The notes below the pieces were generated by a model. That model was not told where the DNA came from, searched no databases, and was given only the letters and a program-made list of their open reading frames with translations. 18,766 nucleotides of DNA from Ginkgo biloba (taxonomy: Eukaryota; Plantae; Ginkgophyta), in the NCBI GenBank assembly GCA_024626585.2, contig JANKJI020000002.1:259361319-259380084 (forward strand), written 5' to 3'. Within the stretch, counting starts at the first letter, position 1, and each line of letters begins with the position of its first letter. Shown here in pieces: positions 10,875-18,766 of this stretch. The position numbers and the translations under genes were made by a program.

Positions 10875-10890
10875 GTCCCTTGGGTCGCCA
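10875..10890 (-). promoter_or_regulatory. Probable primer-binding site, tRNA-Arg type
   Basis: Minus strand reads GGGGTTAACA-A-TGGCGACCCAAGGGAC. PBSs starting TGGCGAC are typical of Arg-primed Tat/Ogre-like gypsy elements. Confidence 0.6.
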
Positions 10891-10891
10891 T

Positions 10892-12522
10892 TGTTAACCC
10901 CTGAATTGCACTTAGCAATCCCAATGTTAATTCACAACTAGATTACATCAGGCTGAATTTATTTGGGTCTTGATGATGGAAAAGAGCGAATGGAGTGAGA
11001 ATTGCAGAGAAAATTGATAATTGGAGGCTCCCTTTTGTCCGTTAATTGAGTAGAGACGCGAGCGGGAATGGTTTGACAAGCGGCCAGAATTGTTGACTGT
11101 GTCGTTCGTCGGACGAACCTGGTTGTTCGACGAACGACAATGCATCATTCGTCGAACAAGCTCGGTCGTTCGACGAATGAGCCTGGTCGTTCGACGAATG
11201 ACGGGCGATTTTTACTCAGAAAACTCCTGCGACTTGCTGCTGCGTATTTTATGGCATTGTTTACTGGATTCTTTGACCTGTTCCACCTGTCAGCATCTCC
11301 AGAACCGAAAATCAGGCATTAAAGTGGCAGTGACTTGGCATTCCTTGATTTGTGGGAGGAGCTGGTGGTTCTTGATTTTTCTCCTCAACTGGACGTTATT
11401 TCTGATATTCTTGGATTCACCAGAAGAGCGTTGCTTTATGCATGGTTTACTGATGGAGGCGCACGGTTTTTCTGAAGTGCATCATTTTTCTCTTTTCTCC
11501 CTCTCTTCTCTCCTTGATTTTCTCAAACGCTGGGCATGCAAACTGCCCAAAACAGATTGTTTTCCTTGCTTTCAAGCGCTGGGCATGTAAACGGTTAGAA
11601 CAAATTGTACTGTCCTTTTTTTCCTGAAAAATATAAAGGAAAGGAGGATGTTTTTTACAGGGAGATCGGTCATTTTTCTAAGTTCTTGGGCAGAGCGCCT
11701 TTTCTCTCCTTATCTCCCATTCTTCTCCATCCGCTCCAAATCTGAGCGCCTTGATGATTAATGTTGTACCTATGGGATTTCACCCCTGATTGACTGTAAT
11801 CATGGCTGTTTCCAGCCTTTTTATTTATTAATCAGCCTATTTTTTCACTATGCTACTGCTCTTGGAATCTATGTGGTGATTCTTTACAGATCGTATGGTT
11901 CATGTCAACAAGTTGCTGCTACAGACTCTTGGTAATCCAATTCTTAGAATATGCTAGATCTACAGTATTTAACCCCTGGTCTTTGGTAATTATGGCTGTC
12001 CTGCCTCCTTGTCAAATGACTGGTTAAAGTTCATTATGCTTTGGCTCCTGGATTTTGTGTGGTTGAACTGTTGGGTGTATGATTCATTGACTGGATTATC
12101 TTTTATGCATTTACTTTGAATGTCTTTCACTTAAATCGCATTTCTGCCATCCATTTCCGTTCCACTTGAGCTCTGCCATCATTGGGAGATATCGGTCACA
12201 ACATAATTATTCTTCATTATTCCTTCCCATACCTTGCTGTTAGAAGCTCTAAGGCACTAGCAGTGGGTTTTATGCTTACTATTTGGGCAAATCCTTTCGC
12301 AAATTTGAGGACAGACAACAGCACTGTGCAAAAGAGGGACTCCTCCCTGTGGCTGAAAAGACACTAGCCCAAACAGAGAAGCGCTTTGGTCGTGACAGGG
12401 CCATCGTGCTTAGGATGATCATCTGAAGAATAGTTACAACAACCGACGAATAGTCTTGGGTGATAACATGACTTACTAAGATACAAATACTAAGTATGGT
12501 GCCTTTCAATGGTGACTTTACA
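10892..12522 (-). mobile_element. Long (~1.63 kb) LTR, probably the 5' LTR of a minus-strand non-chromovirus gypsy element
   Basis: Termini TGTTAACCCC...GGTGACTTTACA, adjacent PBS-like site, non-coding, internal CpG-rich repeats. Orientation is inferred from the PBS. Confidence 0.6.
11101..11201. repeat. Cluster of five ~21-bp-spaced copies of GTCGTTCGACGAA(T/C)GA, in direct and inverted orientation
   Basis: Exact 17-mers at 11164 and 11185; 14/15-bp inverted pair at 11123-11137 and 11145-11159; palindrome GTTCGTC-G-GACGAAC at 11104-11118. Confidence 0.9.
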
Positions 12523-13660
12523 AGGACTCATTACATTTCATTATGTTAATTATGACTGTTATACTCATAACTAACTATGGTTATAATTGAGATTACTATT
12601 GTGAGGTGGCGAGGACTTTGCAACATTGCGACCATATGTTGGAATAACTGACTTTTGGTTGTAATCCACTGTTATTGTTATGACTAATTGTTATTGTTGC
12701 GATCGATAGTTGTTGCGATCAGAATAGTTGCGATTGTCAACTTGCTGTAATTGCATTCCATTGCAACCAATAATGTCCAACTATTGCAACCGAACAAGCT
12801 TGAGCAAGTGTGTCAATCAACATACAACTCAAACTAACCTTGGAGCTATCTCATACCCCAAGATCATTCTATGCCACAAATCTAACACGTCATCAATCTA
12901 ATGAAGGCACCTTATGATAAAAATCTCCAAGGCTTTATCCTTCACCTTTTTCACTCTCCTTACTACTCTTTTTGATGAACTCATTGTCAACTGTCATAAA
13001 TAAGTACTAGCCTCTAAGGAAACTTGTCCTTTTTCATGACTCCCAAGATAAAATTTACTTGGATTTTTTGCGTTGTAACATCTCTTCCCCCCTATAGAGA
13101 ACATTGCACTCAATAAATCTAATCTCTCCAACAAAAACAACTTATTCCAAAGTGGCCTCTTCATTTGGCTAGCTTGCCAATTTGCCCATATCTTTATTCC
13201 AATGTTCCTCATGGGATTATGCACCTCTTTGCCTTTCTTCCCTAAAATAGGCATTAATTTANNNNNNNNNNNNNNNNNNNNNNNNNNNNNNNNNNNNNNN
13301 NNNNNNNNNNNNNNNNNNNNNNNNNNNNNNNNNNNNNNNNNNNNNNNNNNNNNNNNNNNNNNNNNNNNTGAGCTTTCCTAGAACACCCTCTTGTTCTTGC
13401 TATTTGAAGTCCTCCTCCTTAAGTATACTAAGTCCCAACTTGTTATGTTGGTTGAAATGAGGCTTACTCCCCTTGACTAGATTCCTCCTACTTTTGTATC
13501 TTAGATGAAGGAGGTTGATTTTGAGTGTTACAACCCAAGAAAGTTGGGTCAATCTTATCTCAAAGAATGTGAAAAAGACTAAGTTGTCTTTAGAGTCTAG
13601 NNNNNNNNNNNNNNNNNNNNNNNNNNNNNNNNNNNNNNNNNNNNNNNNNNNNNNNNNNNN

Positions 13661-14207
13661 CTATGATAGCTAAGGCCCACAGAGGGCTTCTTGGGGTATA
13701 GGGAAGTCCCAAGGTTACGATGAGTCCTTATGTGGTGGATTTTGCCCATCTTATTAGCATATATAGGGGATTGTTCAAGCAATCCCTAAGACATCATTCT
13801 CTCTCTCGTTTTGGCTAGAAGAACTCAACCATAGAAGTCGTTTTATGCTATAGCTACTTTTTGCATACTTTAGAGTCATACCTCAATCATTATAATGTTA
13901 TAATAGATATTTTTGCAGTACAAATGCTTAGATCTCTTTCTTGAGGGAGGGGGACTTCACTATAGGTATTGGCATGAAGATTCATTGCATTTTTTAGCAT
14001 AGGGAACCCCCAAAAGAAGTTGCATGCCTTCCTACAATTTTTGCATATAGTTTCAACATTGTTTCACATTCTATAGCAAGTCACATCACTTTGACTTGTT
14101 GGATTGAGGCATTTGCATCACTAAGGTATTCAGGATCATCAACACTTAAACAATTTTAAGTTTTTGTAGCTCCTTATGTATTTTAGGAATTTAATTTTAC
14201 TATAACA
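13661..14207 (+). mobile_element. LTR (TATA/R/U5 part) inserted into a gypsy RNase H region
   Basis: TATATAGGG near 13760; ends ...TATAACA directly abutting pol coding sequence with no PBS; homologous to 824-1381. Confidence 0.7.
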
Positions 14208-15110
14208 ATTAAATGTGGTGCATGGCACAATGTTCCCAAGCAACTTTCGGGAATTGATAGAAGTGAAGAAGCAATAGGGTTTAAACAATTTTGTTGATTC
14301 CACTTTGTTTCAAGTAATTGTAGTCCTTGATTACTATAGCAACATTGGACAATATTTAGCAACTGGTCAATGCTCCCAGGACTTGATCACACTGAGTGAT
14401 GAAACTTGGCATGTAGGGCAAAACCCTACCAATTGATTGATGGAGTATTATATCTATTAGGCCCAGATCACGTATTATGTCGTTGTGTACTTATGGACGA
14501 AGTTCTTATTATCATACATGAAGCACATGAGGGAGCAATAGGACACGTGGGTAGGGATGGCACCACCCCAAAAAATTTATTGGTCGGATTATGGTGGCCA
14601 TCATTATTTAAAGATGCATAAAATTGGGCTAAGAATTGTGTTGTATGCCAAACGATGGGAAAAAAACGTTTAATACACCACCATCCCTTGGATCCCATAC
14701 TAGCCCAATGTTCCCTCAAGAAATGGGGACTTGACTTTGTAGGACCAATTAATGCTCCAACCCTAGAAACATAAGCTAGATACATATTATTGGTTACAGA
14801 TTACACTGCCAAATGGGTCAAATATGGAGCCTTCACAAATGTGATGCATGTAGTACAACCCCTTTTATGAGATGATCATCACTCGTTTTGATTGTCCAAT
14901 TGAAATAGTAAGCGATCAAGGTGCTAGTTTGATCAATGAAACCATTTGACACCTAACATAAGAATTTTTGATTGTTCATCGGAAGTACACACCTTACTAT
15001 CCTCATACAAATGGTCTCGCAAAAAGCATGAGTAAAATACTAAAAAGAGTCGTGATGAAAATATGTGATGTTGGATAATAACTGGGTAGAGAAATTGCAT
15101 ACATCCCTAT
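14208..15110 (+). pseudogene. pol: Ty3/gypsy (non-chromovirus) RNase H C-terminus plus integrase pseudogene
   Basis: HNVPKQLSG (HxxADxLSR-like); YSNIGQYLATG; HHCC zinc domain HEAHEGAIGH...GLWWPSLFKDA*NWAKNCVVCQ; core WGLDFVGP (14724-14747), TDYTAKWV, ITRFDCPIEIVSDQG, TPYYPHTNGLAK with the catalytic E changed to K at 15022-15024. Confidence 0.93.
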
Positions 15111-16629
15111 NNNNNNNNNNNNNNNNNNNNNNNNNNNNNNNNNNNNNNNNNNNNNNNNNNNNNNNNNNNNNNNNNNNNNNNNNNNNNNNNNNNNNNNNNN
15201 NNNNNNNNNNTCATTCTTTCTACCATCTATTTTCATCTAGTTTTTGTTAACTCAATATCTGGGGATTGAATTACTAATATAGATGATGGCAACGTTAAAT
15301 TCCTATTGTTGGATGGGTGGGTCAAGAGATATCCTAAAGGGGCCATTTTACTTCCCAATGCAGAAAAGTTTAATGAAAATTGATAAAAGTATTAAAATGT
15401 TAATGAGTGGAGTGGGTCGCTGTACAAGTTGTTGATATTGCAACAAGCCTAGGAGTATGAGTCACTGACTAGGACTCTATTTTGTAAAGGAGAAGCAACT
15501 AGGAGCCAGTGGAGTTGGGGTTGCACGATAATAAACAACGCTGGTCGATGTTGACATGCCCTACAAATGGATGTTTGCTCCCTGCCACTAACAATTCAAA
15601 TTCAGTCCTCTACTTGGCCACAAACGCAAGAAAAAGGAGTTCAAACTCCTTCATGTCATATCAATGATCATTGCGCCAACTCTTCTACAACTATAGTGCT
15701 GAAACATAAGTGGGAAAATCAATTTCTCATAAGCCACTAGAATTAAAATTGGAGCNNNNNNNNNNGTGTTTGAGGAAGACAAATTAGGGTGCAAATTGTC
15801 CAATCACAAGGCTTGGAAGGCCACCTTTATAGCAAATGTGATCTAAGTTCTAATCTGTGATTTGATAGCCAAGGTGAAAGATCTAGCATGAGGTTTTCTC
15901 ACAGAAATATTGGAGGCCTGCATTGTAGCAAATGCAACTAAAGTAAAAAAAAGAAATAAAATAATTTTTTTTTTTTTTTTTGTGATAATAATTTTAATTG
16001 GGGATATGTGAAACAAAATAAAAAAATTAGTCTTGGGACATTAAACCTTAAGTACCACTTATTATAGACTAATAAGGCTAAAAAAAAATTATTAATCCTA
16101 TGTAGACAAGTTAAATAGAAGGAACCTTAAATAAAATGTAGTGAGATCTATTTGGGATAAAATGTGTAACCTAAATAGATGTTGGCTCACTATAATACAC
16201 ATTTTATTAAATTAGTTATAAATACATAGAGAAAAATCATTTTAACTAAGTGTTAGATATTGTTCTTTAATGTAGTTTCTTCTTCTAGAAGAAGGCACTA
16301 GATAAAATGGGTTTCCAAACATCTTCAAAGTCTCATTCATTGGTTTATCTTGTCTCCTTTGTTCTATTTGGTATTAGTTTTTTGTGTGAATTATATTCTT
16401 AACTACTATTAATTAGTAATTTACCTACAAGATTCATTGCAAGAACCAACATATTATTTGTTATTCAAAATGGTAATAGTNNNNNNNNNNNNNNNNNNNN
16501 NNNNNNNNNNNNNNNNNNNNNNNNNNNNNNNNNNNNNNNNNNNNNNNNNNNNNNNNNNNNNNNNNNNNNNNNNNNNNNNNNNNNNNNNNNNNNNNNNNNN
16601 NNNNNNNNNNNNNNNNNNNNNNNNNNNNN

Positions 16630-17545
16630 TATTATAACAACTTCTCATACACTTTCTAGTTCCTACCCATGCTCTTCCTCTCATTTGGGTTGTTTTCTAG
16701 TTGTAACCTTTCATCGTTATCTCTAGTCATAACATGGTTATTGAATGGTCGTAACTAATTTGTTGCTAAGAAATTTAATTGTAATCAAGAGTTATTAAAT
16801 AGGGTGCCTATTTTGAATAACCACAATTGTTAGAATGAAACATGTAATGAAGTATGTATAGTCATAGTGCAACAATGGTAGGGGGATAATCCATCATCGA
16901 TTGTGTATTCAATGACTGATAATCTTGTATGATGAACTGTTCTTGTAATAAATTATGATTTGTTCTATCTAGCATACAACTTTGATATTCATTGAGGATG
17001 AATGAGGTGTTCATGAGAGCAACACCCTCATACCTCCTGTTTGTTTGTTGAAGGTCTCATTGCATATCTTTGATTACTGTGCATTCTACTCGTTGGTAGT
17101 CAACACGATTTGCTAATCATTGATCTAACTTTAGCAAACAATAATGCTAGAAATAATCTTGAATAAAATAATATTGTTGCTAGTCATGTTGGTAAAAAAG
17201 TTGATAGATTCATAATCACGATTAGAGAAGAATATGGAAGCCCCTACTTCCCAAGAGATTTTACTAGAAGAGAAGATATAAAGAGTATGAGCAAAGTGTT
17301 CTTGAAAGAGGAAGAAGCACTTGCTTCCTAAGCGCTTTTCTTCTTGCTAGAACACAAGTAGAAACCGTTGAAGATGTTTGGTGATAAACTAGAGGAGAAC
17401 TAGCCTATTTATAGTTTAAATTGCAATGCTTCGCACTAGGCTAGTACCAGGTCGATTGAGACTACTATTTTGCTCCCTACTACACCATAATGCTTTAGGA
17501 CTTCAATGCCCTTCTAGCTTAATGAGAAGGTTTCCTTTGCTCCTA
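16630..17545 (-). mobile_element. Probable minus-strand LTR fragment (TATA, R/U5)
   Basis: CTATAAATAG on the minus strand at 17414-17405, followed by a pyrimidine-rich tract; non-coding. Boundaries uncertain. Confidence 0.45.
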
Positions 17546-17813
17546 TTATGTAGGCTCCCTGGAATTATGAGATAGATCTTCTGGGTGTATCCGCTTTGAG
17601 ATGGTCAATTGCCTAGTAATGAACAGATGTTCACACAAACTATAAATATATTGATGAATGAATGAATGATGTTACATATTGTTTTGATATTTATATGATC
17701 CCTTTGTGCCCTTTCCTATAATAGTGGCTATTCATTAATATTAAATAGTATCTTAATTGGGTGCGTAACAAGTTATATCTCCTAGTCCACTGTTGTGTTT
17801 TAGGAGCACAACA
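17546..17813 (-). mobile_element. 3' LTR (~265 bp) of a chromovirus
   Basis: Starts TGTTGTGCTCC right after the PPT; the far end GGGAGCCTACA(TAA) is an imperfect inverted terminus, so the left boundary is uncertain by a few bp. Confidence 0.6.
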
Positions 17814-17824
17814 TGCGCCCCCCT
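17814..17824 (-). promoter_or_regulatory. Polypurine tract
   Basis: Minus strand AGGGGGGCGCA immediately before the LTR TG and after the chromodomain. Confidence 0.7.
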
Positions 17825-18081
17825 AATAAGAATGCTTTGTCCTGAAAGCATATGCAGGGTAGGTTGGCCTTGTATGAATGCCTCCATTTTCCATGTTGCA
17901 TCTTCTTTGGGTGGATTTTTCCATTTGGTGCAATATTCTCGAATTTTTTTTTGAGTGGAATTGTTTGGATCAAATCTCAAAATTCCTTTAGGCTCGAAGA
18001 TTATTTTTCCTTCTTTGTCAAGTAGTGATAGGCTGTTTTGGGGAGCAATGTTATGCCTAATTTTCTTTTTAAGGCATGACA
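17825..18081 (-). pseudogene. Integrase C-terminus/chromodomain of a Ty3/gypsy chromovirus
   Basis: SCLKKK...LDKEGKIIFEPKGIL...IREYCTKWKNPPKEDATWK..FIQ..P matches the (HV)SxLKK...EPxxIL...EYLxKWxxxPxEDATWE chromodomain pattern. Confidence 0.88.
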
Positions 18082-18766
18082 TGTTACAAGCACAAATTAG
18101 CTCTTGCATCTAGTCTAAGGGGAATTATTCTCTAGTGGTAATTCTAAAGGGGTGCATGGATGCATACAATCACTGAAATGACCACTATTGAGGGCTTAGC
18201 AAAGTTGAAAGGCCATTGGAAAGCAGAGCGACCACTAGAAGATGAACTGCCACTAGAAACTAAACAATCATTGAGAGATGAATAGTCATTGGGCGAATGG
18301 CCATTGAAAGTTGAATATCAATTAGAAGCTAAACAATAGTTGGAAGATGAATTGTCACTAGAAGATGAACAACCACTAGAAGTTGAAGAATCATTTGGAC
18401 GCATGGCCATTGGAAGTTGAACAATCATCAGAAGTTAAAGAGTCATCAAGAGATGAATAGTCATTGGGCAAATGGCCACTGAAAGTTGAATGGCCATTGG
18501 AAGTTGAACGATCACTGAAAGATGAACGGTCATTGGAAGATGAATGATCACTAGAATTTGAAAGGTTGTCAAAAGTTGGCCCATCATTGGGTCAAATAGT
18601 CACTGGAAGGTGAAGGGTCACCACAAGTTGAAGAGTCACCAGAAGGTGAAAGGTTATAGGAGGTGAAGAGCTAAAGGTCACCCCTCTCTCCTATTTAAAC
18701 AATGTAAAGGATTCAAGAAGGGGGGGGGGAGCTTGGAGAAGAGCTCACCAAAGAGGTAGAGAGTCT
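18082..18766 (+). mobile_element. LTR (U3 to TATA) inserted into the chromovirus pol; continues beyond the window
   Basis: Starts TGTTACAAG exactly where integrase homology breaks; tandem array, then CTATTTAAAC (18691-18700) and a G-run. Confidence 0.6.
18202..18670 (+). repeat. 18-bp tandem array, ~26 units, consensus AAG(A/T)TGAANRR(T/C)CA(C/T)T(A/G)G, with four 15/16-bp short units
   Basis: Units parsed directly, e.g. aagatgaactgccactag (18239), aagatgaacaaccactag (18362), aagatgaacggtcattgg (18519). Confidence 0.92.

Noticed and set aside
10053-10924. Five long ORFs (218-270 aa) in the ORF track
   Set aside because: They are almost entirely X from the 621-N gap (10120-10740); artefacts.
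11090-11590. 166-aa plus-strand ORF
   Set aside because: No recognisable domain, non-ATG start, and its N-terminus simply translates the 21-bp repeat inside an LTR.
12994-13254. 86-aa minus-strand ORF
   Set aside because: No motif recognised; length is within chance range in repeat-like DNA.
2750-15110. One complete element made of gag-PR-RT (2750-6671) plus RNaseH-integrase (14208-15110)
   Set aside because: The RT looks chromovirus-like while the integrase has non-chromovirus signatures; several unknown-size gaps intervene and no shared LTR pair is visible.
15940-15981. Poly(A) tail of a LINE/SINE or processed pseudogene
   Set aside because: No TSD, Pol III boxes or LINE ORF adjacent; compatible with a low-complexity TE leader.
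16279-16294. 16-bp perfect palindrome cttcttctagaagaag (also AAGGAGTT-CA-AACTCCTT at 15634-15651)
   Set aside because: Isolated, low complexity, no supporting context.
18202-18670. CRISPR-like array
   Set aside because: Contiguous degenerate 18-bp units with no unique spacers, no cas genes, and a eukaryotic retroelement context.

Overview
Eukaryotic, AT-rich, gene-free stretch made almost entirely of nested, decayed plant LTR retrotransposons on a fragmented scaffold. It has 12 N-gaps, five of them exactly 100 N (probably unknown size). Recognisable pieces, left to right: a minus-strand 342-bp 5' LTR with tRNA-iMet PBS (482-823); a plus-strand Ty3/gypsy gag-protease-RT pseudogene (~2750-6671) whose zinc knuckle is split by an insertion with a 5-bp TSD; a minus-strand gypsy gag with several CCHC knuckles (8953-10044); a CpG-rich ~1.6-kb LTR with an Arg-type PBS (10892-12522); a non-chromovirus gypsy RNaseH-end/integrase pseudogene (14208-15110); a minus-strand chromodomain+PPT+3' LTR (17546-18081); and an LTR carrying an 18-bp tandem array before its TATA box (18082-end). 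The element mix suggests a large, heavily methylated plant genome such as a gymnosperm (inference only). No intact host gene, RNA gene or CRISPR array is supported, and I see no convincing new biological system. The best leads are the possibly bidirectional LTR, the higher-order 18-bp array, the knuckle-splitting insertion and two unassigned decayed reading frames.
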